Below are positions 21,471 through 31,872 of a DNA stretch of 64,000 nt, piece after piece. Source of the stretch: Bacillota bacterium (GTDB lineage Bacteria; Bacillota; Clostridia; Peptostreptococcales; Anaerovoracaceae). How positions within the stretch are numbered: position 1 is the stretch's first letter; each line of letters opens with the position of its first letter. Location of the stretch: positions 7,687-71,686 of the forward strand of contig JAFRVY010000125.1 in the NCBI GenBank assembly GCA_017438285.1. The letters are read 5' to 3'. Below the pieces are notes generated by a model that was not told the origin of the DNA, did no database searches, and was given only the letters and a program-made list of their open reading frames with translations. Both the position numbers and the translations under genes were made by a program.

Positions 21471-21561
21471 AATCTACCTCGTATACGTCTTCTCTGAGAC
21501 TCCCTCCTGCACTGTCAATTATACCACAGCGACACCTGTTTGTTAACCGAAAGCTAAGGGC

Positions 21562-21602
21562 AAAAAAGGACCCTGCGTCAAAAAATAACGCAGGGTTTTT
21601 TT
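21562..21602. terminator. Intrinsic terminator after trmL (symmetric)
   Basis: ACCCTGCGT / ACGCAGGGT stem flanked by A and T runs. Confidence 0.75.
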
Positions 21603-22112
21603 CTATTTCAGTTCAGGAAATCCTTGCTGGCGCAAAGCCTCAAACAGGATAATATTGACCGAGTTCGCAAGGTTCAAAGACCTGAGCCTGGTATCCGCGC
21701 TCATAGGGATCCTGATGGTGCAGCCGGGATGCTTCCTCTCCTGCTCCTCGATGAATCCGCGGTCCAGTCCGGCAGTCTCCCGTCCGAACAAAATCATGTC
21801 GCCGTCCCGAAAGCTCACGTCGGTATATTTCCTGCCGCCTTTGGTCGTCGCGAGGAACATCCTGCAGGGTTCTCCCGTCTCAGGACAGGCTTTCCCTTCG
21901 TATTCCGACAGGAAGTCTGCTAGACTCTCGTGAACGACCACGTCAACGTAAGGCCAGTAATCCAGCCCTGCCCGCTTCAGACTGCGGTCGTCGATCGAGA
22001 AGCCCAAAGGCTTCACGAGATGCAAAACGCTTCCGGTCGCAGCGCAGCTTCGTGCCACGTTTCCTGTGTTCGGCGGAATCTCAGGTTCCACCATGACCAC
22101 ATGCATCGCCAT
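21603..22112 (-). CDS. trmL: tRNA (cytidine/uridine-34 2'-O)-methyltransferase
   Basis: PEIPPNTGN, KRAGLDYW, FGRET, RSLNL. Confidence 0.95.
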   Translation of the reverse strand: MAMHVVMVEPEIPPNTGNVARSCAATGSVLHLVKPLGFSIDDRSLKRAGLDYWPYVDVVVHESLADFLSEYEGKACPETGEPCRMFLATTKGGRKYTDVSFRDGDMILFGRETAGLDRGFIEEQERKHPGCTIRIPMSADTRLRSLNLANSVNIILFEALRQQGFPELK

Positions 22113-22124
22113 GGTCCTTGCTCC

Positions 22125-22631
22125 TTATGCGTTGCGTCCGCAGCAGTGCTTGTACTTCTTGCCGCTTCCGCACGGACACGGATCGTTTCTGCCGATTTTT
22201 GGAGACTCTCTTCTGACCGTTCTCGACTGCTTGAACTTCCTGGCAAGCTCTTTCATCTTCTCCTCACCGAGGATGTCCACCCACTGCGGAAGTCCGTAGA
22301 GATAATCCGCATCGGCTTTGAGCATGTTGTAGAACAGATCTTCCGGAACGATCTCAACTTCTACCTGTGAGCTTTCGTCCATGTTCTCATAGTCGTTCGG
22401 TTTCTTGATGCTCTCGTTGATGCCGTCAAGAAATCCCATGAAAATGACCGGCCTCACTTCGTACTTTTCGGCCAGTTCGCCCAGGGTTCCCGTCATCTTC
22501 TCCGTCGGATGATCCAGAATGTCGCTGTAGATTTTCGTCTCAGCGCCGCTGTACTCTTCCCAGAAATCCTGGAACGTAGCTTCTGTCTGATTCTCGATCA
22601 GTTTTTTCCACTGCTTATATAATTCTGTCAT
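22125..22631 (-). CDS. SEC-C motif-containing protein (clostridial family)
   Basis: C-terminal [20 protein letters not shown]; GFLDGINES. Confidence 0.9.
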   Translation of the reverse strand: MTELYKQWKKLIENQTEATFQDFWEEYSGAETKIYSDILDHPTEKMTGTLGELAEKYEVRPVIFMGFLDGINESIKKPNDYENMDESSQVEVEIVPEDLFYNMLKADADYLYGLPQWVDILGEEKMKELARKFKQSRTVRRESPKIGRNDPCPCGSGKKYKHCCGRNA

Positions 22632-22649
22632 TTTTCCCTCCTGTCAGCC

Positions 22650-23627
22650 TTACTTCGCAAGTATCGCCTTGGATATTTCCATTACGTCGCCCATGACCGC
22701 GCTTCCTGTCGGCAGCGGACCTGCTCCAGGTCCGTAGAACATCAGCTTGCCTACCAGGTTGCCCTTGACATAGACAGCGTTGAATTCCTGCAGGACGTTG
22801 GCCAGCGGGTGATACGTTCTGATGTATGTCGGACGTACTTCGTATGTGATCTCGCCGTCCTCTCTAACCGTCGCGTGGGCGATCAGTTTGATGACGCAAT
22901 CATTTGTCTTGGCCTCTTCGATTTTTTCCTTGGTGATCTTTTTGATCCCCGTCGTCGGAATGTCATCCGGATGCACGTACTTGTCGAACATGAGCGCCAT
23001 GAGTATGCTCAACTTATTGGCTGCGTCGATACCCTCGACATCGGCCGTAGGATCTGCTTCCGCGAAACCCTTTTCCTGCGCATCTCTGAGCGCTTCCTCA
23101 TAATCCATACCCTCTTCGCTCATCATGTGGAGGATATAGTTGGTCGTACCGTTGACAATGCCGAGCACTTCAGTATATCTGTTGGCTCTCGCCGCTCCGG
23201 CCAGTGAAGTCAGAACCGGAATGCCGCCGCCGACGCTTGCTTCAAATTTGAACATGACGCCGTTTCTCTTTGCCGCTTCCGTCAGTCTCGGATAATGTGC
23301 AGCAACCGCTGCCTTGTTTGCCGTTACCACGTGCTTACCGGCATCCATGGCTCTTTCCATCAAAGTTGCCGCCGGCTCTACGCCGCCCAGAAGTTCGATG
23401 ACGATATCGATTTCAGGATCCTGGAAAATATCCTCCGGATCAGACACGAACTGGTCCTTTGATACCGTGATGTCGCGTTCTCTGTCGACGTCCTTTTCAA
23501 GGATCTTGACGATATTCACTTTCGTCCCGACGTTTTTCTCTATGATGTCTCTGTTCATCTCGAGGGTCTTATAGGTACCTGTTCCGATATTGCCGAGACC
23601 CAGAAGTCCGATTTTGATTTCTTTCAT
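22650..23627 (-). CDS. hom: Homoserine dehydrogenase (short form, no ACT domain)
   Basis: GLGNIG, VVTANK, FEASVGGGIP, NGTTNYIL, AEADPTADVEG, GPGAG. Confidence 0.94.
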   Translation of the reverse strand: MKEIKIGLLGLGNIGTGTYKTLEMNRDIIEKNVGTKVNIVKILEKDVDRERDITVSKDQFVSDPEDIFQDPEIDIVIELLGGVEPAATLMERAMDAGKHVVTANKAAVAAHYPRLTEAAKRNGVMFKFEASVGGGIPVLTSLAGAARANRYTEVLGIVNGTTNYILHMMSEEGMDYEEALRDAQEKGFAEADPTADVEGIDAANKLSILMALMFDKYVHPDDIPTTGIKKITKEKIEEAKTNDCVIKLIAHATVREDGEITYEVRPTYIRTYHPLANVLQEFNAVYVKGNLVGKLMFYGPGAGPLPTGSAVMGDVMEISKAILAK

Positions 23628-23668
23628 TTCTTGAATGATCCTCCTTAACTATATTTCAAAAACATCTA

Positions 23669-26029
23669 TTACACTATTATGAATCCTATCATCGCGACGA
23701 TGAAGGATACGATCCATGCTACAGAGCACTGGCCGATGACGATGATCGTCGCCCACTTGCTCCCCAATTCCCTGCGTACCGAAGCGATCGCCGCAACGCA
23801 AGGCGTATACAGCAGGCAGAACACCAGCAGTGCCAGAGCCGATACCGGCGTAATGGCCGCCTGGAAGGCTGCAACCGATCCGAAGAGGACCGACAGAGTA
23901 GATACCACGCTCTCCTTGGCCATGAAGCCCGTTACCAGAGCCGTCGATATCCTCCAGTCTGCAAATCCCATTGGCGCGAATATCGGCGCGATGAGTCCGG
24001 ATACGACCGCTAATATGCTGTCCTGCGAATCTACGACCCTGTTCATGTGCAGATCAAAGGTCTGCAGGAACCAGATGACCAGTGTCGCGATGAAAATGAC
24101 GGTGAAAGCTCTCTGCAGGAAGTCTCTCGCCTTATCCCAGAGAAGCCTGCCTACGGTCTTTGCTCCCGGCATCCTGTAGTTCGGCAATTCCATGACGAAC
24201 GGCACCGCCCCGCCTCTGAAGAACGTCTTCTTGAGGATAAACGCCACCACGATGCCGACAACGATTCCGGTGAAGTACATGCCCACCATGACCAGTGCCG
24301 CGTGGTGCGGGAAGAAGGCCGCTGCCATAAAGGCGTAAATCGGCATCTTGGCCGAACAGCTCATGAACGGCGTCATCATAATGGTCATCTTACGGTCACG
24401 CTCAGACGGCAGGGTCCTGCTTGCCATGATACTCGGCACGGAGCATCCGAATCCGATGAGCATCGGCACGATACTTCGTCCCGAGAGTCCGATCCTTCGC
24501 AGGAGCTTATCCATTACAAAGGCGACCCTTGCCATGTATCCGCTGTCTTCAAGGAGAGACAGGAACAGGAACAGGGTGACGATGTACGGCAAAAAACTGA
24601 TGACCGTACCCACGCCCGTAAATATACCGTCAGTAATGAGCGACCTGATAACTTCGTTAACGCCGGCTGCGCCCATGGCGCCGTCGACGATGGCCGACAG
24701 GCCCGATATGCCTTTGTCGAGCAGGTCCACGAAGACTTTGCCGACCACGTTGAATGTCAGCCAGAACACGATCGCCATGATGACGATGAAAGCAGGGATG
24801 GCGGTATATTTTCCCGTAAGGATCCGGTCGATCCTGCGGCTCCGCGCATGCTCGATACTTTCTTTCGGTTTCACGACCGTCTGCCTGCAGACTTTCTCTA
24901 TGAAACTGAAACGCATCTCGGCCATGGCGGCCGCTCTGTCCAGACCGCGCTCCTCTTCCATCTGGCAGATCAGGTGCTCGATGGCTTCCTTTTCGTTTTG
25001 CGTCAGGTCAAGCTTTTGCATGATGCGCTCGTCGCTCTCCACCAGCTTGGCCGCAGCGAACCTGATCGGGATGCCCGCGCTGATCGCGTGGTCCTCTATG
25101 AGATGCATGATGCCGTGAAGGCATCGGTGTACGGCGCCGCCGTGATCCTCCGCTCCGCAGAAGTCCTGACGGCCCGGCCTTTCCTGATACTTGGCTACAT
25201 GGATCGCATGGTCCACCAGTTCGTCGATACCTTCGTTCTTCGATGCGGAAATCGGTACGACAGGAATGCCCAGCAGCTGCTCCATTTCGTTGACCAGGAT
25301 GGACCCGCCGTTTTTGTGGACCTCGTCCATCATGTTGAGAGCGAGAACCATCGGTCTGTCCAGTTCCATGAGCTGCATTGTCAGGTAAAGGTTTCTCTCT
25401 ATGTTTGTCGCGTCGACGATATTGATAATGCCGCGCGGCTCGTTGTCTAATATGAATTGTCTCGACACCAGCTCCTCGCTGGAATATGGGGACATGGAAT
25501 AGATGCCCGGCAGGTCCGTGACCAGCGTATTGCTGTGCCCTTTGATCACGCCGTCCTTTCGGTCCACCGTGACGCCCGGGAAATTCCCTACATGCTGGTT
25601 GGAGCCCGTCAGCTGATTGAAAAGCGTCGTCTTGCCGCAGTTCTGATTACCGGCAAGGGCGAAGGTCAAAGTCTCGCCGTCAGGCAGCGGATCTTCATCC
25701 GCCTTCACGTGGTACCGTCCGCCTTCACCGAGTCCCGGGTGCTCGATCTCTACCAGATCCGAGAGCTTGCCGCCGTCACTCAGGTCTTCCTCTCTGACAT
25801 CGCGAATGCGGATATGCTTCGCGTCTTCCAGACGCAGGGTCAGTTCATATCCATGTATCTTAAGCTCGATTGGATCTCCCATCGGAGCATATTTTACTAA
25901 GGTTACATCAACATCCGGGATCAGTCCCATATCGAGGAAGTGCTGTCTCAAAGCTCCCTCCCCACCTACGGAGACGACCGTTGCCGTCTTTCCTATTTCA
26001 AGTTGGTCAAGCCTTATTTCTTTACTCAT
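23669..26029 (-). CDS. feoB: Fused FeoA-FeoB ferrous iron transporter
   Basis: N-terminal FeoA (LDMGL, APMGDP); GNQNCGKT, GNFPGVTV, DLPG, GFGCSVP, FMSCSAK, YTPC; start moved to ATG 26029. Confidence 0.95.
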   Translation of the reverse strand: MSKEIRLDQLEIGKTATVVSVGGEGALRQHFLDMGLIPDVDVTLVKYAPMGDPIELKIHGYELTLRLEDAKHIRIRDVREEDLSDGGKLSDLVEIEHPGLGEGGRYHVKADEDPLPDGETLTFALAGNQNCGKTTLFNQLTGSNQHVGNFPGVTVDRKDGVIKGHSNTLVTDLPGIYSMSPYSSEELVSRQFILDNEPRGIINIVDATNIERNLYLTMQLMELDRPMVLALNMMDEVHKNGGSILVNEMEQLLGIPVVPISASKNEGIDELVDHAIHVAKYQERPGRQDFCGAEDHGGAVHRCLHGIMHLIEDHAISAGIPIRFAAAKLVESDERIMQKLDLTQNEKEAIEHLICQMEEERGLDRAAAMAEMRFSFIEKVCRQTVVKPKESIEHARSRRIDRILTGKYTAIPAFIVIMAIVFWLTFNVVGKVFVDLLDKGISGLSAIVDGAMGAAGVNEVIRSLITDGIFTGVGTVISFLPYIVTLFLFLSLLEDSGYMARVAFVMDKLLRRIGLSGRSIVPMLIGFGCSVPSIMASRTLPSERDRKMTIMMTPFMSCSAKMPIYAFMAAAFFPHHAALVMVGMYFTGIVVGIVVAFILKKTFFRGGAVPFVMELPNYRMPGAKTVGRLLWDKARDFLQRAFTVIFIATLVIWFLQTFDLHMNRVVDSQDSILAVVSGLIAPIFAPMGFADWRISTALVTGFMAKESVVSTLSVLFGSVAAFQAAITPVSALALLVFCLLYTPCVAAIASVRRELGSKWATIIVIGQCSVAWIVSFIVAMIGFIIV

Positions 26030-27113
26030 TCGTTTCTTCGTTCTGTCCGTCCGTTTCCTTGTCCTGTTTGTCCGTCTCCTCACCCTGCGGTGCGGTCTTG
26101 CTGTTCTGTTCTTCGCTGTTCTGTCCGTCGTGAACCTCAGGCGCAGCCGTTCTGCTCACGTCATCCTTGCCTGTGATGACGTTGACAATGGTCTCTACGT
26201 GTACGTGGTTCGGGTCGATGTCGAATCTGCTCGGTTTCCACATGCCGCCGATCGGATACTCCGCCGGCGTTCTCTTGCTGAACGGCACGCTGGTGTCCTC
26301 AAAGAGTTTGTTGCAGAGCACGCCCAGAATGATGACCCATGACAGGAGCAGGAACCAGATCATGATAGCGATGACCGATGAAAGCGCTCCGTACATGATA
26401 TCGTAGTGCACGAGTGAGCTCGTATAGAAGGAATATACCCAGCTGACGATGACCATCCCAAAGGCCGCAAAGGCCGTACCCGGGATGACCCTTCTCCAAC
26501 TTCTCTTGTAAGTCGGCAGAATGTAGTAGTTGATACCGATGACCATGAAGTAAAGTACGAATCCAAGCGGCCATCTGAGGAGCATCCAGACACTGTCTAT
26601 GTATGCATCTGCATCTATGTTCAGTAATCCCAGTATACCGATGAGTATGATCTTGCCGTAACAGAGAATGATGATTGCGATAACCAGACTGATCAGTGTA
26701 AGAAACATGGTCATGATGGCTCTGGCTCGTTCCAGGAAGTAGTTCTTGCCCGTATTGTCGCCTTCGGAATAGATATAATTCGTGATCCTGGCAATGGAGA
26801 AGGATGCCCGTGATCCCGCCCAGAAAGCGATCAGGATGAAGATGATGTTTCCATAACCGATGGAATTGAAGGAAAGCAGCGAATTCACCATACCCGACAC
26901 TCTTCTGCCGGTATAGTCCTCGATCATGCTGAGCGCCGTCTGTGTGCTGATATCGAAAAGCCCCAGCAGCTGAATGATCAGCAGGAAAATCGGAACGATT
27001 GACATAAGCAAATAAAAAGATATCTGCGCGGCAAACCCCTGATAATAAGGGTCCTGCAGTTGTCTCAGTCCCATGATGAACATTCTTTTGAAACGGTCAA
27101 AAATACTACTCAA
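26022..27113 (-). CDS. YihY/BrkB family membrane protein with acidic C-terminal tail
   Basis: AAQISFYLLMS..P, LRWP, VIPG, YGALSSVI..MIW. Confidence 0.88.
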   Translation of the reverse strand: MSSIFDRFKRMFIMGLRQLQDPYYQGFAAQISFYLLMSIVPIFLLIIQLLGLFDISTQTALSMIEDYTGRRVSGMVNSLLSFNSIGYGNIIFILIAFWAGSRASFSIARITNYIYSEGDNTGKNYFLERARAIMTMFLTLISLVIAIIILCYGKIILIGILGLLNIDADAYIDSVWMLLRWPLGFVLYFMVIGINYYILPTYKRSWRRVIPGTAFAAFGMVIVSWVYSFYTSSLVHYDIMYGALSSVIAIMIWFLLLSWVIILGVLCNKLFEDTSVPFSKRTPAEYPIGGMWKPSRFDIDPNHVHVETIVNVITGKDDVSRTAAPEVHDGQNSEEQNSKTAPQGEETDKQDKETDGQNEETNE

Positions 27114-27750
27114 CCTGATTCTCCTTTTCGGCGAGTTTTACGCGAAGCGCCTTCAGAGCGTTGGCCCTGTGACTGATGCTGTTTTTGATATCCGAGCTGA
27201 GCTCGCCAAAGGTCTTATCATACCCTACCGGCACGAAAAGCGGATCGTAGCCGAAGCCGCAATAACCTCTCTCTTCCAGTACCAGATGTCCTTCGACTTC
27301 TCCCCTGGCAACGATGGTCTCCCCGTCCGGATAGACCATGGTGATGACAGAAACGAATCGCGCGGTACGTTCCTCATACGGCGTATCCGAAATCAGCCTG
27401 ATCAGCTTGCTGTTGTTGTCCTGATCAGAGCTGTCTTCATTTCCCGCGTCCTCGCCCGGCCAGATGCCCGGAAAGGCCGCGAATCTTGCAGAGTAGATTC
27501 CCGGTGCGCCGCCGAGACAGTCAACGACCAGTCCCGAATCATCTGCGATGGTGATCTCATCTGCAAGTTTCATGATCCCAAAGGCTTTTTTGTAGGAATT
27601 CTCCTCAAAGGTTTTGCCGTCTTCCTCGATCTCGATCTTCGGAATTCCGGCATCATCTCTGGAGATGATTTCCATCCCAAAATCTTTGGTGATCGCTTCT
27701 ATTTCTTTGATTTTATGTGCGTTGCGCGTCGCCGCGATAATTTTCTTCAT
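27106..27750 (-). CDS. rdgB: Non-canonical purine NTP pyrophosphatase (RdgB/HAM1)
   Basis: ATRNAHK, ADDSGL, PGIYSARF, GFGYDPLF, SHR. Confidence 0.95.
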   Translation of the reverse strand: MKKIIAATRNAHKIKEIEAITKDFGMEIISRDDAGIPKIEIEEDGKTFEENSYKKAFGIMKLADEITIADDSGLVVDCLGGAPGIYSARFAAFPGIWPGEDAGNEDSSDQDNNSKLIRLISDTPYEERTARFVSVITMVYPDGETIVARGEVEGHLVLEERGYCGFGYDPLFVPVGYDKTFGELSSDIKNSISHRANALKALRVKLAEKENQVE

Positions 27751-27855
27751 AACTAAGTTATTGTACCATACCTAACTGGACTTTCCAACTTTTATACTGT
27801 AAAATAGCCATACTGACGCGCCCCGGAGGGGCGGCTTTCATGGAGGAAATGCGAA

Positions 27856-28773
27856 ATGAAGATCGTGATTCTTGACGGACACACCATCAACCCCGGAGAC
27901 CTGAGCTGGGACAGAGTCGCACAGTATGCGGACGAACTGACCGTGTACGAAAAGACCGATCCTGACCAGATACAGGAGCGGATCGCCGGTTATGACATCC
28001 TCATGACCAGTAAATGCGGTATCACCCGGGACATCATGGCAAACGCTCCGTCACTGAAATACATCGGTGAAACGGCAACGGGATACAACAATATCGACAT
28101 CGAGGCGGCGAGAGAATTCGGCATCGCTGTCGCCAATGTTCCCGCCTACGCATCGGATGCCGTTTCGCAGCACACAATCGCCCTGATGCTCGAGATCGCA
28201 AACAACGTCGGTCTCAACAACGCATCGGTACAGGCCGGCGAGTGGGCATCCAGCGAATACTTCTGCTACTGGCAAAAGCCTATCGTCCTCCTTGCGGGAA
28301 GAAGTCTCGGAATCATCGGCTACGGCGCCATCGGAAAGCGCGTTGGCGAGATCGCCTCTGCCCTCGGCATGAAGATCAACGTCTACAGCCGGGACCCGGA
28401 AGCCGCCATCAAGTCGGACTTCGTGACCCTTCACTGCCCGCTGACGCCTGAAAATGAAAAGATGGTGAACGAGGACTTTCTGAACCGCATGAAGCCGGGC
28501 GCAGTACTGATCAACACCGCGAGAGGTGGGCTCATCGACGAGGACGCCGTCGCAAAGGCTTTGCAGGACGGCCGTCTTTCCGCTGCGGGAATCGATGTTC
28601 TGACGACGGAACCGCCGGAGGCGGACTGCCCGCTGATCGGACTGGACAACTGCATCCTCACCCCGCATATGGCCTGGGCGCCTGTCGAAATGCGACAGGC
28701 CGTCATTGACACGCTGGCGGATAATCTCGCCGCATGGTTGAATAATGAAAAACGCAACAGACTCGACATATGA
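27856..28773 (+). CDS. D-2-hydroxyacid dehydrogenase (glycerate dehydrogenase-like)
   Basis: NPGDLSW, GYGAIG, LHCPLT, INTARG, TPHMAW. Confidence 0.9.
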   Translation: MKIVILDGHTINPGDLSWDRVAQYADELTVYEKTDPDQIQERIAGYDILMTSKCGITRDIMANAPSLKYIGETATGYNNIDIEAAREFGIAVANVPAYASDAVSQHTIALMLEIANNVGLNNASVQAGEWASSEYFCYWQKPIVLLAGRSLGIIGYGAIGKRVGEIASALGMKINVYSRDPEAAIKSDFVTLHCPLTPENEKMVNEDFLNRMKPGAVLINTARGGLIDEDAVAKALQDGRLSAAGIDVLTTEPPEADCPLIGLDNCILTPHMAWAPVEMRQAVIDTLADNLAAWLNNEKRNRLDI

Positions 28774-29227
28774 AAAAACGATCATACTGACAGATCTTAT
28801 CCTCACGAGAACGGTATATATCATCTATCCCGTTCTCCTGATTTATCTTGCCATAAAAAAAGAGCCTGCACTGATTGAGGCTCTTCTTGTTCCCGGTATT
28901 TCATTCATTTTGCTGAGCATCTTCCGTTACCTGGTCAATGCGCCGCGTCCTTATGAGGTCAGCGGCAAAGATCCGATCATCAAACGTAAAGGTAAAGGAA
29001 AATCCTTTCCGAGCAGGCACACCTTCTCCATCTTCGTCATCGCAGTGACCGTCTTTTATTTCTGGCCGGTCTGGGGCATCATCACCGGTGTCGCCGGTGC
29101 GGTGCTCGCCACAGTGCGCGTCCTTGGCGGCGTTCACTACGTGCGGGATGTGGTTGCCGGCGCAGCCATCGGAATCGGCTGCGGGCTCATCGGTTTCTAT
29201 CTTATCTGTCCTGCGATCGGAATCTAA
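28745..29227 (+). CDS. PAP2 family membrane phosphatase (start uncertain)
   Basis: RPYE, SFPSRH, RVLGGVHY.RDV. Confidence 0.87.
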   Translation: MKNATDSTYEKTIILTDLILTRTVYIIYPVLLIYLAIKKEPALIEALLVPGISFILLSIFRYLVNAPRPYEVSGKDPIIKRKGKGKSFPSRHTFSIFVIAVTVFYFWPVWGIITGVAGAVLATVRVLGGVHYVRDVVAGAAIGIGCGLIGFYLICPAIGI

Positions 29228-29990
29228 AGCAAAGGCCGCACAGGCCGGGATCCGGTATCTTTGCGTTCTGTGTCTCGCAATAGGCGAGACATTTTTTCTT
29301 GTCGATTCCATCAAGAACAATCGCGCCTGCCGGACATACATTAGTCATTTCTTCGCTACAGGATATCTTCGCCAGGTCGCTGTAGCAGAACGCCGCTTTA
29401 ATCTTGTTGACCTCGACTTCGATTTCCTCCTGGGTCATCTCCGGTGTTTCATCCGCATAGAATCCGTCGGTGATGGTCGTCCCCAGACTGCCGATGAATC
29501 CGGTATCCGTGTGCAGTGAACCTGCCGGTCCGATCTCACCGATGCCGGCAAGATACGCAACGATCTTGCTGGACCATGCAGGCATGTGCATATTTCTGTT
29601 CCAGTTGCTGGCCACTCCGGTAATGGATGAAATCCTTCCCAGTTTGACCAGGGAATCGCGAATCGCCATGTTGATGTACATGGCAAGCATGATCGAATCG
29701 TAATGGGCTCTTTCCCATGCTTTTGAATCGCGTCCGTTGATCCGCAGATCTTCTTCTACGCTGCCAATCACAGGAACATAATGCACGATGATCGAGTGTC
29801 CCGGGTTGTAGACTTTCTTCGGATGTTCACACAGTTGTTCCATGTAAAGATGGTCAAACAGCGGGTGAAAGACACTCACGTATTCGATGACGGGCTCGCC
29901 GTATCTGGTTGTAATCTCGGGTCTTTTCTGGAAGGCGATAACCGTTTCCCGTACATTTTTTTCTATAAATTTCTTGGGATCTCTTGACAT
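29202..29990 (-). CDS. QueG/reductive-dehalogenase-like Fe-S protein, degenerate; function unknown
   Basis: WSSK.VAYLAGIGEIG, GSLGTTITD, CPAGAI, KKCLAYC, CGLC. Confidence 0.65.
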   Translation of the reverse strand: MSRDPKKFIEKNVRETVIAFQKRPEITTRYGEPVIEYVSVFHPLFDHLYMEQLCEHPKKVYNPGHSIIVHYVPVIGSVEEDLRINGRDSKAWERAHYDSIMLAMYINMAIRDSLVKLGRISSITGVASNWNRNMHMPAWSSKIVAYLAGIGEIGPAGSLHTDTGFIGSLGTTITDGFYADETPEMTQEEIEVEVNKIKAAFCYSDLAKISCSEEMTNVCPAGAIVLDGIDKKKCLAYCETQNAKIPDPGLCGLCFRFRSQDR

Positions 29991-30014
29991 TGTTACACCT
30001 CACAGCTTCTGATT

Positions 30015-31847
30015 TTACCAGGATCCGCCGCCACCGCCGCCGAAGCCGCCGCCGGAGAATCCGCCGCCTCCGCCGCCGCCGATATCGCCTGCGATATCAG
30101 CGCTGATGGACTTGTAGTAATCTCCAACACTGGAGCTGATCCCGTGACCAAATGAACTGAACATATATCCGTGGAAGAACGGATCGTATCCTCCACCCCT
30201 GCCGACATACCATGAAGGCTGCGGCAGCTTGAAGTCTGCGAACTTATCTGCCCACTTCGTGGACATACCCAGAATATATGCATACGGCAGGATGTTGAAG
30301 AAGTATGACGGATCTTCATCCGACAGGGCTTTGAGCCTGTCGTACTCCGCAGTTTTGATGAAGTTCTTGAAACCCATCACTCTGCCGTAAATATCGTTGT
30401 TTGCTCTCTGTCTGACAAAGATGGTCGAAATGAGAGTGACCATCATTGCGGCCAGGAATATGACTGCAAGCAAAGGCTGCTTCGTCAGAATCATCGCCGT
30501 TTCCGCAGCGATGAACGCCAGCAGGAAGATCGCGTTGATCACAAATCTGACCGGCTTTTTCTTGCCGGCGAAGGAATCCGCTTTCCTGACGAGAGACCGT
30601 GAAAGCCACCCGATGAGCAGCGCCAAAAGAATCGTGAGGATATAGAATCCCCAATCTTCATAGCTGCAGTAGGTGAATGCGAATCCCGCAATCAACGGAA
30701 TGATGGCGCATAAGCAGTAGCCTACAAACCTGCCGATGACAGACGACTTTGTAAACGCCCTCGCATTCTCGCCGAAGGATGCCTTGACGTCGCCTTGGAT
30801 CTTGGCGATGCACTCGCCAAGTCCTGAAGGCATATGCTTCATATCAACATTTGGACCCTCCGAAAACAGTTCCCTGAAGATCGATCTGGAATGGAGCGGT
30901 TCTTCGCTGCCGATGCCTTTGATCTTCTCGAGGCTGAACTTTTTCTTGTCCTCCTGTATGACGCGCAGATATCCCTTGTTGGCGTAATGCATGAACTGGG
31001 CGGCAACGTCCTTTGAATCGATCTTGTCGTTGGCGATGTAGTCCACCTGCAGGGGATCCATTCCATCCGGCGGGTAGAATTCCACCGGCTTGATGACTGC
31101 TTTGTCTCGTCCGACCAGGGCCCAGAGCCCAAGCATCAGAGCTGCCAGAACTCCCAGCACACCATAGAATCCAGGAAGTGCTGCTGCCTTATCCTTCGGG
31201 TTGACCCAGTATCCTTCCGGCAGGTCAGCGGTGATGGTATAGCCGAATCCTTTCGGTACCGATCCTCTCGACACCGCCGTCAGGCTTTTGCCGTCCTGAG
31301 ACGTGAGGAAATGTCCGCTATCGCTGGTCTCCTCGAAGGATCCGCAAAAGACATCGATGTCATCGATTCTCTTCGGGAACGTGATCGTCAGCTTCGATGA
31401 GTCGATAGACGTTCCCCACCCCGTCGGCAGCAGGTCAATGGCAAGATGATCAGCATTGGGATCCGTGTCCTTGAATCCGACGATGTCGTAGGTGATTCGA
31501 TACTTCTGCTTTCCATAGACCTCGTAATCACCCGATCCGATCTTGACAACCATGCTGTTGTTTTCGCTGTAGGTCTCATAGTCATACCCGTCGACTCTGA
31601 TGTGTTTCAGTTCATATAGATTGCCGTTTTCCGGAATATATCTGTAGATTCCGTGGCGGTACTCGTAGAAGTTGACTGTGATCTCCTCTTCCACGTGAAA
31701 AACGTGGTCCTCGTCAGTCACTACGTTGACGTCAAAGGCCTCTGTCGTGTATCCGCCACTATCCGCAAATGCAAATGACGGCATCAGCACGGCCATGAAA
31801 GCTACTGCAAATACCGTCGTTATGAATCTGAGTAATGATTGTTTCAT
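30015..31847 (-). CDS. DUF2207 family membrane protein
   Basis: Signal peptide, HGIYRYIP, VEFYPP, GFKNFI, ILPYAY.LG, Gly-rich GGGFSGGGFGGGGGGSW end. Confidence 0.88.
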   Translation of the reverse strand: MKQSLLRFITTVFAVAFMAVLMPSFAFADSGGYTTEAFDVNVVTDEDHVFHVEEEITVNFYEYRHGIYRYIPENGNLYELKHIRVDGYDYETYSENNSMVVKIGSGDYEVYGKQKYRITYDIVGFKDTDPNADHLAIDLLPTGWGTSIDSSKLTITFPKRIDDIDVFCGSFEETSDSGHFLTSQDGKSLTAVSRGSVPKGFGYTITADLPEGYWVNPKDKAAALPGFYGVLGVLAALMLGLWALVGRDKAVIKPVEFYPPDGMDPLQVDYIANDKIDSKDVAAQFMHYANKGYLRVIQEDKKKFSLEKIKGIGSEEPLHSRSIFRELFSEGPNVDMKHMPSGLGECIAKIQGDVKASFGENARAFTKSSVIGRFVGYCLCAIIPLIAGFAFTYCSYEDWGFYILTILLALLIGWLSRSLVRKADSFAGKKKPVRFVINAIFLLAFIAAETAMILTKQPLLAVIFLAAMMVTLISTIFVRQRANNDIYGRVMGFKNFIKTAEYDRLKALSDEDPSYFFNILPYAYILGMSTKWADKFADFKLPQPSWYVGRGGGYDPFFHGYMFSSFGHGISSSVGDYYKSISADIAGDIGGGGGGGFSGGGFGGGGGGSW

Positions 31848-31872
31848 AGGATCAGATCCTTTCTTCTGCCTT

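Noticed and set aside
29202-29990. Calling this gene queG or a reductive dehalogenase
   Set aside because: The Cys set is incomplete, there is no Tat signal or anchor gene, and similarity is at fold level only.
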